Below, piece by piece: positions 1 to 9,523 of a DNA stretch of 64,000 nt. The DNA comes from an uncultured Chloroflexia bacterium (lineage in GTDB: Bacteria > Chloroflexota > Limnocylindria > QHBO01). Numbering within the stretch: position 1 is the first letter of the stretch; each line of letters opens with the position of its first letter. The notes beneath the pieces were generated by a model. It saw nothing but the letters and a program-made list of their open reading frames with translations. It was not told where the DNA came from and made no database searches. The stretch is from assembly GCA_963814375.1 (NCBI GenBank), contig CAWFCQ010000003.1, positions 64,001 to 128,000 on the forward strand. The letters are read 5' to 3'. The position numbers were made by a program, and so were the translations under genes.

Positions 1-69
1 CCCTCCGCTGGTCCTGGCTTCCACGCGGCCCCCGTTGGGATTCACCGTGGCGCGGATGCGGGTCGGCAT
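1..69 (-). CDS. Partial gene running off the window start (MPTRIRATVNPNGGRVEARTSGG...), function unclear, possibly OsmC-like
   Basis: ATG at 69 with open frame to window edge; TAGGCT -10-like box 6 nt upstream. Confidence 0.4.
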   Translation of the reverse strand, partial: MPTRIRATVNPNGGRVEARTSGG

Positions 70-95
70 CGCCGCAGCCTACCCGAGCGGGGGTC

Positions 96-854
96 GTGCC
101 GATGCGGGTGATCCGCCCCGAGTCGATGGGCTCATCGCGCCGGCGCCCGGCTCTCCTGGCGCTGACCGTCCTGGCGGCCGGCGTGCTCTCGGTCGCGCTC
201 ATGACCGTCGGGCAGCCGACCCCGCTTCGCACGGGCGTCCTGGCCACGACCGCCGCCGTCGGCATCGGCGTCGGGCTTGCGTGGCTGGTGCGGGCCATCC
301 GGTCCGACCCGGGACGGCGCATCAGCGGCGCGCTGGTGACGCTCCTCTCGGCGACCTTCGATGACTCGTACACCCTGGTCGTCGCTCCCCGCCTCTCCAT
401 CCGCGAGGGAGGTCGCCTCGACGGTCTGCTCGTCGGCCCGGGCGGCGTACGGGCCCTGACCGCCCGAGACTGGGTGGGCCATTACCGGCTGCGAGGCAGG
501 ACCTGGGAGTTCGACTCGCACGGCCGCCACGGCTGGATCGTCTGTCGCACCAACCCGAGCCTCGAGGCCAACAAGCTGGCCGAGGGGGTCGGCCGCTGGA
601 TGCGCGAGGCGGGGCTGCCCGACCTCACGCTGCGCGCAGCGGTGGTCTTTCCGCACCGCCACTCGCAGGTCGTGCTCGAGGAGCCTGCCGACGAGATCGT
701 CACGACCGACAACGCGCCGTGGTGGGCGAACACGTTCGGTCGCGTGCGTCGCATCGATCCGGCCACTTCGGCGCGCGTCCTCGAGGCGGTGCTCGATGCC
801 GCCGAGCCGGCGCGCCGCCTGGCCGAGCCGCGAACCGGGGGCCAGCAGCTCTAG
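96..854 (+). CDS. Membrane-anchored NERD (nuclease-related domain) protein
   Basis: Two N-terminal TM helices then LDGLLVGPGGV...DWVG...NP motif typical of NERD. Confidence 0.6.
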   Translation: MPMRVIRPESMGSSRRRPALLALTVLAAGVLSVALMTVGQPTPLRTGVLATTAAVGIGVGLAWLVRAIRSDPGRRISGALVTLLSATFDDSYTLVVAPRLSIREGGRLDGLLVGPGGVRALTARDWVGHYRLRGRTWEFDSHGRHGWIVCRTNPSLEANKLAEGVGRWMREAGLPDLTLRAAVVFPHRHSQVVLEEPADEIVTTDNAPWWANTFGRVRRIDPATSARVLEAVLDAAEPARRLAEPRTGGQQL

Positions 855-1450
855 GCTGGCTCCTCCCCGGTGCCTCGCAGCCACACCTCGGCCGTCCGCT
901 CGTCGAGCACGTCCGCCAGGAGCTGCTCCGGGTTCTCGTCATCGGCCACGAGCAGGATGTGCGCGAGATCGCGCCGAACGGCGAGCGCGGGCACGCTGAG
1001 CTCGAGGTCCGGATGGGCTCCGGACGAGATCGTGGCGTCGGTCATCGCCACGAAGCGGTCGGGGACGTTGAGCAGTCCGTCGATCGGACGGCCGCCGGGC
1101 GCGACGTGGATACGCCCCGTCACGCGCAACGGGGGAAGAGCCATCTGGGCCAGGACGGGACGCTTCATGATCCGCATGTCCCGCGAGGCCTCCCCAACGA
1201 GGTTCGGAGCGATGAGCACGAGGATCTCGCTCACCGCCACCATCGCCACCGGGGCGGCGACGGCCGTGGTCGCATTGGCGAACTCGGTGATCTGGGCGCG
1301 ATCGATGGCGAGATGCGAGCCGGTCACCTGGTTGACGATGTCGGCGACGCGGGTGAACCGGGTATGGACCGTCCCGCTGACGCGATAGGCGGCGGTGTAG
1401 GCGTCAACCTCAACGGGTGCCGCCGTGCCGTCCATCCCGAATCCGCTCAT
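851..1450 (-). CDS. Hypothetical protein with two tandem DUF6812-like repeats
   Basis: Internal repeat YRVSGTVH...DIVN...LAIDRAQI / LRVTGRIH...GLLN...FVAMTDATI. Confidence 0.55.
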   Translation of the reverse strand: MSGFGMDGTAAPVEVDAYTAAYRVSGTVHTRFTRVADIVNQVTGSHLAIDRAQITEFANATTAVAAPVAMVAVSEILVLIAPNLVGEASRDMRIMKRPVLAQMALPPLRVTGRIHVAPGGRPIDGLLNVPDRFVAMTDATISSGAHPDLELSVPALAVRRDLAHILLVADDENPEQLLADVLDERTAEVWLRGTGEEPA

Positions 1451-1494
1451 GCCCGTCTCCCGCTCATGCGCGCCGGATCGTACCCCGCGCCGGT

Positions 1495-3222
1495 CTACTC
1501 TGCGTCGCCGACGGCCTCGATCCGCTCGGTCTCGCCCGCTGCGCCGGTGGCCAGCAGGATGCGACCGGACGCCTGCTCGCCAAAGAGTGCCTCGACCGTG
1601 TCGAGCGTGTCGATCTCACCGGGCGTCTTGTCGTCGCGGATCCGGACGATGCGGGGGAATCGCATGGCGAAACCTGACCGATGCCGGCCGGACCGCATGA
1701 TGCGGTCGAAGGCGATCTCGACCACCACCTCGGGCACCACCGTCCGATACCTGCCGAAGTCCTCGAGCGTGATGCCGTGGAAGTGGTCGGTCATGGTGGC
1801 GATCTCGGCATCGGTCAGGCCGGTGTACGCCTTGCCGATTGTCAGCAGGCGAGCATCGGGCTCGTCGCTCTCGCGCACCGCGAAGGTGTAGTCGGAGAGC
1901 ACGCCGCGGCGCTTGCCGTGGCCCCACTCGACGCCGACCACCACGCAGTCGAGCGTCGCCAGCGCCTTCTTCAGCTTCAGCCAGCCCAGGCCACGCCGGC
2001 CTGGCTGGTAGGTCGAATCGGGGTCCTTGACCATCAGGCCCTCGTTGTGCCTCGCCCGGGCATCATCGAAGTGCCGATCGACCTCGCCCGCGGAGGTGGC
2101 GGTCGCGAGGTGCGATCGAAGGATCCTCTCGCCGGTTCGCTCGGGGAGGGAGAGCGCGTCGAGCGCCGCGCGTCGCTCGCGGAGCGGGGCCTCCAACAGG
2201 TCCTCCCCGCCGCGGTGCAGCAGGTCGAACGCAACGAGCACGACCGGCACCTCGGCCAGCAGCTCCTTCGACGGCCGGACGCGCCCGAGCCTCGTCTGGA
2301 GCGACGCGAAGTCGAGGACCGACCCCTCGCGCCACGGGACGAGCTCCCCATCGATCACCAGGGTGCCGTCGTCGACGAGGGCGCTCGACGCGGCCGCGAT
2401 CTCCGGAAACGAGCGCGTCACATCGTTCAGGTCGCGGCTGAAGAGCCGGATGGCTCCGCTCGCCTCGAGGTGGAGCTGGGCGCGGATGCCGTCGTACTTG
2501 TCCTCGATCCACGCCTCGTCACCGACGCGGCGCATCACCTCGGCCGCATCGGCCACGGGGGAGGCGAGCATGAACCTGATCGGCCGCCCGACGTGCAGCG
2601 CCGCCTCCGCCAGCCGCCCCGAGCGCGCCAGCAGGGCCGCCTCGCCGATCTCGCCGGTCAGCATGTGGGCGCGACGCACCGCGTCGAGGTCAGCTTCGAA
2701 GGCCGCGCCGATGGCCTCCTCGAGCAACCCTTCCCGGAGGCCGATGCGGGTCTCGCGCGAGACGATCCGGCCGATGAACCGCGCCTCGTCTCCCGAGGCA
2801 CGGCGGAAGAGATCGGTAAGGAGCCGAACGCGCGCGTCCGTCTTCGCTGCGCCGGAGATGGCGCCGAAGCCGGCGGCGACATCGGCGACCGTCAGTCCTG
2901 CCGGACCGCTGTCCGCGAGCAGCTCGCCGGCGGCGTCGCCGAAGTCGGAGTGGCGCAGATATGCCGCTCGCAGGCCGTCCTCGTCGGCACCGCTGGCCGC
3001 CGCGAGGGCCGCGCCCTGCTGGACCCAGCCAAGGCCGAGCTTGGCAGTGGGATCCAGGAGCGGCCGCCCCGCAAAGAACACGCTCGCGGCTGCCAGGTCA
3101 TCGGCTGGGAGCGCGCGGAGATAGCCGGCGAGCAGATCGCGCTTCGCGTTCTTGCTTCTCGTGGATCCGACCGCGGCGGCCGTGGCCGCCAGATCGGCGA
3201 AGGGTGTCGAGGCTGCGGCCAT
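1495..3222 (-). CDS. ligB: ATP-dependent DNA ligase (LigB/archaeal type)
   Basis: Motif I EDKYDGIR, DGE, AFDLL, EGLMVK, WLKLK, OB domain RFPR. Confidence 0.93.
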   Translation of the reverse strand: MAAASTPFADLAATAAAVGSTRSKNAKRDLLAGYLRALPADDLAAASVFFAGRPLLDPTAKLGLGWVQQGAALAAASGADEDGLRAAYLRHSDFGDAAGELLADSGPAGLTVADVAAGFGAISGAAKTDARVRLLTDLFRRASGDEARFIGRIVSRETRIGLREGLLEEAIGAAFEADLDAVRRAHMLTGEIGEAALLARSGRLAEAALHVGRPIRFMLASPVADAAEVMRRVGDEAWIEDKYDGIRAQLHLEASGAIRLFSRDLNDVTRSFPEIAAASSALVDDGTLVIDGELVPWREGSVLDFASLQTRLGRVRPSKELLAEVPVVLVAFDLLHRGGEDLLEAPLRERRAALDALSLPERTGERILRSHLATATSAGEVDRHFDDARARHNEGLMVKDPDSTYQPGRRGLGWLKLKKALATLDCVVVGVEWGHGKRRGVLSDYTFAVRESDEPDARLLTIGKAYTGLTDAEIATMTDHFHGITLEDFGRYRTVVPEVVVEIAFDRIMRSGRHRSGFAMRFPRIVRIRDDKTPGEIDTLDTVEALFGEQASGRILLATGAAGETERIEAVGDAE

Positions 3223-3277
3223 CGGCCAAGTCTAGGGACCGATCGGCCTTGACCATGCCGGCGCCGGAACCGATGCT

Positions 3278-3886
3278 GTGGCCGTGGTCTTTCCATGGCA
3301 GAAGCGCAACGTGCCGCCTGAGCTTGCGGAGCGCGTGCCACCGGGGCAGGTGCTGACCGACAAGTTCCCGGTGCTGCACTTCGGTCGCGTCCCGTCGTAT
3401 CCGGACCTGTCGGGCTGGGACTTCCGGGTCTGGGGCGAGGTGGCGAGCCCGCTCACCCTGAGCTGGGGCGAGTTTCGCAACCTGCCGACCGCCGAGCAGA
3501 CGCTGGACATCCATTGCGTCACGCGCTGGTCGAAGCTCGACACCCGCTGGGAGGGCGTCGCCTTCAGCCAGCTGGCTGAGGCGGCGCAGCCGACGAGCGC
3601 CGCGCGGTTCGTGATCTTCCACGCCGAGGGCGGCTTCACGTCGAACGTGCCCCTGGCTACCGCGATGCGTCCGGAGTGCATCCTGGCCTGGTCATACGAT
3701 GGCCGCCCGCTCGAGCCGGACCACGGATACCCGCTACGGGCGATCGTGCCGGGAACGTACTTCTGGAAGAGCGCCAAGTGGCTCCGAGGCGTCGAGTTCA
3801 GCGCCGAGGACCAACCTGGGTTCTGGGAGCGCAACGGGTATCACAACGATGCTGATCCGTGGCGCGAGGAGCGTTACTCCTCCTGA
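3278..3886 (+). CDS. Sulfite oxidase-like molybdopterin oxidoreductase
   Basis: RVPPGQ, DIHCVTRWS, HGYPLR, KSAKWL, GFWERNGYH motifs. Confidence 0.88.
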   Translation: MAVVFPWQKRNVPPELAERVPPGQVLTDKFPVLHFGRVPSYPDLSGWDFRVWGEVASPLTLSWGEFRNLPTAEQTLDIHCVTRWSKLDTRWEGVAFSQLAEAAQPTSAARFVIFHAEGGFTSNVPLATAMRPECILAWSYDGRPLEPDHGYPLRAIVPGTYFWKSAKWLRGVEFSAEDQPGFWERNGYHNDADPWREERYSS

Positions 3887-4146
3887 TCCGCTGACGCCTC
3901 GTCCATCTCCTTGGCGCGCGCGATCAGCTCGGCGACGCGGCGGCCGCCCTTTCGGCCGATCTCGCGAAAGTGCTCGTTCGAATAGCGCTCGCTGACGGCC
4001 TTGCCGCCCTTCGCGCCGATCTCCTGGAAGAACTCGGCGCCATACCGAGCCCGGGTGGTCTTCCCACCCTTCCGACCGGCTTCGCGGACGCTCATGTTCC
4101 CCTGATCGGAGGAGTCGTGCTGCGTTGCGCGCTCGCGCTCCGCCAT
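3874..4146 (-). CDS. KGG-repeat general stress protein (GsiB/Em-like)
   Basis: Three EAGRKGG/EIGAKGG/EIGRKGG repeats; GGAGG RBS before ATG 4146. Confidence 0.85.
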   Translation of the reverse strand: MAERERATQHDSSDQGNMSVREAGRKGGKTTRARYGAEFFQEIGAKGGKAVSERYSNEHFREIGRKGGRRVAELIARAKEMDEASADQEE

Positions 4147-4240
4147 CTGGGGCCTCCTGTGCTTCGTCAAGGGTCGCGCCTCGCACGACCCAGCCAAGCG
4201 GGGAAGCAAGTTGCATACCGGCCGCTAGAATGGCGCGCCG

Positions 4241-4552
4241 ATGCACCCCCTCCTGCGCAATGCGGTGATCGGGCTCGTGGGCCTGATCATCGCCGCCGCG
4301 CTCGCCGCCCTGGCGCTCCTCGGACGAGACTCGAACCTCTCGATCCTGGCGCTCTTCGCTGCCGGCCTGCTCGGCACCGCCGTCGGCCTCTTTCTGTTCA
4401 CCCAGGGCTGGATCTGGGGCAGCCGCGCGGCTCGCCGGCGCGAGACCGGCCAGGCGACGATCATCGCGATCGGCGGCGGGCTGATGGCCCTCGTGGCCGC
4501 CGTCGCCCTCGCCGGCCTGCTGATCATGGCCCTCCTCTTCCTCCTCGGCTGA
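4241..4552 (+). CDS. Small membrane protein (3 TM)
   Basis: Hydrophobic ORF; TAGAAT -10 just upstream. Confidence 0.7.
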   Translation: MHPLLRNAVIGLVGLIIAAALAALALLGRDSNLSILALFAAGLLGTAVGLFLFTQGWIWGSRAARRRETGQATIIAIGGGLMALVAAVALAGLLIMALLFLLG

Positions 4553-4581
4553 CGCGCGCGCTGCTACGATCCTTCCACGCC

Positions 4582-4658
4582 GCCCCCATCGTCTAGAGGC
4601 CTAGGACGCCACCCTTTCAAGGTGGAGATCAGGGGTTCGAATCCCCTTGGGGGCACCA
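4582..4658 (+). tRNA. tRNA-Glu(TTC)
   Basis: GCCCCCA/TGGGGGC acceptor stem, CCACC-CTTTCAA-GGTGG anticodon arm, GTTCGAATC T-loop, encoded CCA. Confidence 0.96.
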
Positions 4659-5092
4659 CGTTCACTTCGGCCCCCGAGTCATGGAGGGCCCCGAGCGTGT
4701 TCTGGCAGCGAAAGCCCAAGGAGTCCAAGGCGCCTGACGGCCACGCCGATGAAGCCCCGGAAACGGCCTCGACGGCACGGTCCTTCGCACCCGACAGCAG
4801 TTCGTTCCCGTGACCCAGGCGTCGGTCGAGGGTCCAGCGCTGCCTGCCGTAGAGGAGCACGAGGTGGTCCTGCTCAACGTCGCCGACCTCGGCATCGGGC
4901 TGAAGGTCGACTTCGTCGAGTAGCCGCGGATCTGCCCGCCACGCGGGCTCGGCAGCCGGTCGTGCCAGCTTCCAACCCGCCTTATCAACGACCGTCCAGG
5001 ACCTGTGATGGTCGATGTTGGGCGGCGCAGCCGGTCCCGCCCGCTTGCCGGGGGAGCCGGGCGGAGCCGCCTCTCAGCGCCCTCCATCGGCC

Positions 5093-5272
5093 CTAGATGT
5101 GGTTGATCTCGATCCGGTCGCCACAGTTCGGGCAGTAGAGAAGGAGCAGCTTCGGGTCTTCGGGGATGGGCCGCCACGAATAGACATCGGCCTCCGACAT
5201 CTGCTCGCCACATCGAGGGCACTCGTAGCCCATGTCGAGCCACTGGTCGCGTGGCACGTTCTGGCGGCCCAT
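5093..5272 (-). CDS. Small zinc-ribbon protein
   Basis: CPRC...CPNC, 59 aa from ATG 5272. Confidence 0.7.
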   Translation of the reverse strand: MGRQNVPRDQWLDMGYECPRCGEQMSEADVYSWRPIPEDPKLLLLYCPNCGDRIEINHI

Positions 5273-5276
5273 CGAC

Positions 5277-5726
5277 TCAGCGGCGATCCGGAGGCGGCGG
5301 TGGGGCCCAGCCGGGCTTCGGGCCGGCGGGTGGCTGCTCCTCGTCGGAGGCGGCATCGGCGGCGATGATCGCCGCGCGCACCTCCTCGGCCCGATCGGAT
5401 GGGGTCAGCAGCGGGTAGGCCATGGTGTCGTAGCCCGGCCAGTGGCCGACGTCACCGTCGCGGATCATGACCTGCACCCTGTTGAAGGCGCCGGTGACAT
5501 CCCTCACCGACCGGTCGAGGACCTGGAGGTCGCGCCCGGTCACCTGCTTGAGGGCGGGAGGCAGCGTCTCGACCAGGTAGGCCGGGTTGGGGTCGGTTTC
5601 GAAGGCCAGCTCGAGCGCCTCGAGGACCTGCTCGTCGGGCAGGTCGCGGGGCATGGGGCGGCTGATGTAGGTCATGCGCGGATCGCGGCTGGGGCCGCGG
5701 ATGGTCCGAATGAGTGAGCTCAGCAT
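5277..5726 (-). CDS. Hypothetical protein
   Basis: Protein-like composition; TACAAT -10 upstream of ATG 5726. Confidence 0.6.
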   Translation of the reverse strand: MLSSLIRTIRGPSRDPRMTYISRPMPRDLPDEQVLEALELAFETDPNPAYLVETLPPALKQVTGRDLQVLDRSVRDVTGAFNRVQVMIRDGDVGHWPGYDTMAYPLLTPSDRAEEVRAAIIAADAASDEEQPPAGPKPGWAPPPPPDRR

Positions 5727-5890
5727 CGGCGGCGCGATTGTAACGTCACGGCCTCCGCGGAGGGCGCTGCAACGCCGGCCGGGTATACTTCCGTCCCCTG
5801 TGAACCACCCGGTCGCGGCCCGCTGCGCGCCCCGTATGAGCCCGCCATCGCCGCGCGACTGACCACGCAACAAGGAGCCCTCTCAGCACC

Positions 5891-6763
5891 GTGCGCGTCA
5901 GAAAGGCCGTCCTGCCCGCCGCGGGCTTCGGGACACGATTCCTGCCGGCGACCAAGGCGATTCCCAAGGAGATGATGCCGCTGGTCGACCGCCCGATCAT
6001 CCAGTACGCGGTGGACGAGGCGGCGGCCTCCGGGATCGACCAGATCATCATCGTGATCGCCACCGGCCGCAGCGCCATCGAGGACCACTTCGACTCCAGC
6101 CCATCGCTCGAGCGATGGCTCGAGGAGCGCGGTGACATCGAGATGCTGCGAACGGTCCGGCGCATCAGCGAGGTCGGCACGGTCGCCTTCGTCCATCAGC
6201 GTGAGCAGCTCGGGCTGGGCCACGCGGTGCTGATGGCCAAGGACCTCGTCGGGGACGAGCCGTTCGCCGTCCTCCTCTCCGACGACGTGATGCTCAATCC
6301 GCGCGGCCTGCCGGTGACGCGGCAGCTGATCGACGCGCACCTCGCGCATCGCGGATCGGTGATCGCCGTGCAGCGCGTCGAGCCGACCGAGGTGACGCGC
6401 TACGGGATCGTGGATCCACTGCACGAGGAGGGAAGGCTGGTCGAGATCCGCGACCTGGTCGAGAAGCCGTCGGTCGACGACGCCCCATCGGACCTCGCCG
6501 TGCTGGGCCGCTACGTGCTGACGCCGAAGATCTTCGACGTCCTCGAGCAGACGAGCCGCGGCGCCGGCGGCGAGATCCAGCTGACCGATGCCATCCGCGC
6601 CCTGATCCGCGAGCAGCCGGTGTTCGGCTACCAGTTCGACGGCACCCGTCACGACGCCGGCACCCGCCTCGGTTGGCTGAAGGCCAACATCGCGGTCGCG
6701 CTCGAGTCGGAGGACGCCGACGAGGTGCGCAGCCACATCCGTGGCCTCGACCTGCGAGACTGA
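5891..6763 (+). CDS. galU: UTP--glucose-1-phosphate uridylyltransferase
   Basis: KAVLPAAGFGTRFLPATKAIPKEM, QLGLGHAV, VEKP, GEIQLTDAI. Confidence 0.95.
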   Translation: MRVRKAVLPAAGFGTRFLPATKAIPKEMMPLVDRPIIQYAVDEAAASGIDQIIIVIATGRSAIEDHFDSSPSLERWLEERGDIEMLRTVRRISEVGTVAFVHQREQLGLGHAVLMAKDLVGDEPFAVLLSDDVMLNPRGLPVTRQLIDAHLAHRGSVIAVQRVEPTEVTRYGIVDPLHEEGRLVEIRDLVEKPSVDDAPSDLAVLGRYVLTPKIFDVLEQTSRGAGGEIQLTDAIRALIREQPVFGYQFDGTRHDAGTRLGWLKANIAVALESEDADEVRSHIRGLDLRD

Positions 6764-6769
6764 CGCGGC

Positions 6770-8416
6770 GTGGAGATGATCGGCAGGCTCATCAGCGGCC
6801 GATATCGCCTGATCGCCCCTCTCGGCGAGGGCGGCATGGCGACGATCTGGCGCGCGCTCGACGAGCAGCTTGACCGAGAGGTGGCGGTCAAGATCCTGCG
6901 CCCCCAGTTCAGCGCCGATGCGGGCTTCGCCGCCCGCTTCAAGCTCGAGGCGCGATCGGCGGCCGGCCTCTCGCATCCGAACATCGTGGGCGTCTACGAC
7001 TACGGCACCGACGGCGCCGATGGCGAGCAGTACATCGTCATGGAGCTGGTCGATGGCCGCGACCTGGCCGCGATTCTCAAGGAGCGCGGCTCGCTCTCCC
7101 GTGACGACGCGGTGCGGGTGGCCATCGGCGTCGCGAGCGCCCTCGAGGTGGCCCACCGCAAGGGGATCGTCCACCGCGACGTGAAGCCCGGCAACATCAT
7201 GATCACCGATGCCGGCGACGTGAAGGTGGCCGACTTCGGGATCGCCCGCGCCGTCAGCGAGGCCTCGATGACGGTGACCGGGACGACGCTCGGGTCGGTC
7301 CACTACTTCAGCCCGGAGCAGGCGCGCGGCGACGAGGTGACAGGCGCGTCCGACGTCTATGCCCTCGGGATCGTGCTGTACGAGACGCTCACCGGGAGGC
7401 GTCCGTTCGAGGGCGACTCCGCCGCAGCCGTGGCGCTGAAGCGACTCAACGAGGATCCGCCCACACCGACCGCCCTGGGTCATCCGCTGCCGCCCGGCCT
7501 CGAGGCGATCGTCATGCGCGCGCTGGCGCGCGATCCCGCCGACCGCTACCCCGATGCCGGCGCCTTCGCCGAGGCGCTGCGCGTCTGGCGGCGCGACCCC
7601 GACGCCCTGCCTGCTGCCGGCGTTGTCGGCGTTGCGGGTGCGGCGGCGATGGCCTCCACGCCTGCCGGCGGAGAGCCGACGGTGTACGTCCCACCCAGGG
7701 TCACCACCCCGGCCGACAATGCGCCCGTCGCCCCACCCCCATCTCGTGGTGACGGCTATCCGCCCGACGATGATCGAGGGCAGCCGTGGTGGATGTGGGT
7801 GCTCGTTACGCTCGGCATCCTCTTTCTCGCGCTGATCGGCTTCTTCGGCTTCCAGCTGCTGTCCGGAGACGGCACGGAGTCGCCAAGCCCCAGCGTGGCG
7901 CAGGTGACGGTTCCCGACTGCGACGACGTCCCGCTCACGACCCTGCGATCGGAGGCGCTCGAGCTCGGCCTGACGGTCCGCGAGGACGACGAGTTCTCGG
8001 AGGACGTCGAAGAGGACCGTGTCATCCGCTGCGAGCCGGCCACGGGGGAGCAGGTCGACGATGGCACGACCATCACCGCCTTCGTCTCCAGCGGCATCGA
8101 GCAGGTCGCCGTTCCTCGCCTGCGTGGCCAGTCGGAGGCGGATGCGCGGGCCTCGCTCGAGAGCGCCGGCCTCTCCATCGGTGCGATCGCGCGCGAGCCA
8201 GATCCCGATGTCCCGAGCGGGTCGGTCCTTCGCAGCGATCCCTCCGAGGGGACGGACGTGGACGTCGGCTCGCAGGTCGACCTCGTCGTCAGCACCGGGC
8301 CGACGCCGTCGCCGACCCCGACCCCCACGCCAGTGCCGACCCCGACCCCCACGCCGACGCCTACCCCGACCCCGGTCCCAACCCTGCCTCCGGTCACGCC
8401 GTCGCCGTCGCCGTAG
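6770..8416 (+). CDS. pknB: PknB-type Ser/Thr kinase with TM, two PASTA domains and a Pro/Thr tail
   Basis: GEGGMA, VAVK, HRDVKPGN, DFG, SPEQ; TM; PASTA VTVP/VAVP repeats. Confidence 0.92.
   Translation: MEMIGRLISGRYRLIAPLGEGGMATIWRALDEQLDREVAVKILRPQFSADAGFAARFKLEARSAAGLSHPNIVGVYDYGTDGADGEQYIVMELVDGRDLAAILKERGSLSRDDAVRVAIGVASALEVAHRKGIVHRDVKPGNIMITDAGDVKVADFGIARAVSEASMTVTGTTLGSVHYFSPEQARGDEVTGASDVYALGIVLYETLTGRRPFEGDSAAAVALKRLNEDPPTPTALGHPLPPGLEAIVMRALARDPADRYPDAGAFAEALRVWRRDPDALPAAGVVGVAGAAAMASTPAGGEPTVYVPPRVTTPADNAPVAPPPSRGDGYPPDDDRGQPWWMWVLVTLGILFLALIGFFGFQLLSGDGTESPSPSVAQVTVPDCDDVPLTTLRSEALELGLTVREDDEFSEDVEEDRVIRCEPATGEQVDDGTTITAFVSSGIEQVAVPRLRGQSEADARASLESAGLSIGAIAREPDPDVPSGSVLRSDPSEGTDVDVGSQVDLVVSTGPTPSPTPTPTPVPTPTPTPTPTPTPVPTLPPVTPSPSP
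8300..8413 (+). repeat. Low-complexity (Pro-Thr)n coding repeat
   Basis: PTPSPTPTPTPVPTPTPT... Confidence 0.8.
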
Positions 8417-8525
8417 GGACCGGTGCGGGCTGGCACCCGAGGTGCAATGCGGCCGCGCAGGACGGCGAAGGCCCGGTGCTAGCATGGCCGCAGCCCGTCC
8501 GTCGCGTGGAGGCAAGCTCATCCGC

Positions 8526-8858
8526 ATGGCAACCATCGCTCCGATCACGGTCGACGAATCGACCTTTGAGTCGGAGGTCCTCAATGCCGAGAAGCCCGTA
8601 CTGGTGGACTTCTGGGCCCCATGGTGCGGCCCCTGCCGCCTCGTCTCACCGGTGGTCGAGAGCCTCGGCGAGAAGCATGCCGAGAAGATCGGCATCGCCA
8701 AGGTGAATACCGATGAGAATCAGCAGCTGGCGATGCGCTACAGCATCTTCAGCATTCCCACGCTCATCGTCTTCCACGACGGCCGTGAGGCCGCCCGCCT
8801 GGTGGGCTACATGCCCCAGGAGGTGATGGAGGAGCGCCTGAGCCAATTCCTCGCCTGA
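8526..8858 (+). CDS. trxA: Thioredoxin
   Basis: WAPWCGPC active site; GGAGG upstream. Confidence 0.95.
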   Translation: MATIAPITVDESTFESEVLNAEKPVLVDFWAPWCGPCRLVSPVVESLGEKHAEKIGIAKVNTDENQQLAMRYSIFSIPTLIVFHDGREAARLVGYMPQEVMEERLSQFLA

Positions 8859-8961
8859 CCGCCATCCCGTTCCTCGGCGTCGGAGCCACGATCGTCAGGG
8901 TCTCCCGAGCCGATCGGCAGCCGCTACACTCCCGGCACCCAGGGAGGCTGCCCGAGCATCC

Positions 8962-9519
8962 ATGATCATCAAGACCGAACGTCGCGGTGGCGGCGACCGA
9001 CGCCAGGGCGAGGATCCGTTCGCCCCGGATCGACGCGAGGCCGACCGGCGGACCATGTGCTGGGAGGTCGAGAACTGCGACCTCACGATCCGCTATCGCT
9101 GTCCCGCGTTCATCCTGCGTCGACCGTGCTGGGAGCTCTGGGCGGTCGAGGGCATCGGACCTGCTCGCGCCTGCTGCTACAACGACAAGGAGTGCGAGCC
9201 GGGTCGGTGCGTGATCGCCGAGAAGCGCTACGCCGGCAGCGCGGAGCCGCTGACGGTCCACGTCGGACGACGCGGCGTTCCCCTCGGGTACACGAAGCCA
9301 CGGCGCCACCACTGCCCGCACTTCTACCTCACCCACGGACCGCAGGGCCGCGTCCCGATCCAGGCGCCGCAGCTGATGCGCACCCTGCTCAAGCAGGAGG
9401 GGACGGTCAGCCGGTGCGAGCTGCGCGGTGGTGTCCACCTCGATTCGGGCTACGTCAACGACCTGTGCCTGACCGGGCAGTTCAACGACTGCGTCTTCTA
9501 CGAGGACGCCGCGGACTGA
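8962..9519 (+). CDS. Cys-rich protein with two-CW-like domain and N-terminal ERR/DRR repeats
   Basis: 12 Cys; CWEVENC...CPAF...CWE; GGGAGG RBS. Confidence 0.65.
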   Translation: MIIKTERRGGGDRRQGEDPFAPDRREADRRTMCWEVENCDLTIRYRCPAFILRRPCWELWAVEGIGPARACCYNDKECEPGRCVIAEKRYAGSAEPLTVHVGRRGVPLGYTKPRRHHCPHFYLTHGPQGRVPIQAPQLMRTLLKQEGTVSRCELRGGVHLDSGYVNDLCLTGQFNDCVFYEDAAD

Positions 9520-9523
9520 CGGC

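Noticed and set aside
5720-8701. Long antisense ORFs (993 aa here; also 23727-26621 and 56217-59552)
   Set aside because: Shadow frames of real genes in high-GC DNA with no recognisable motifs
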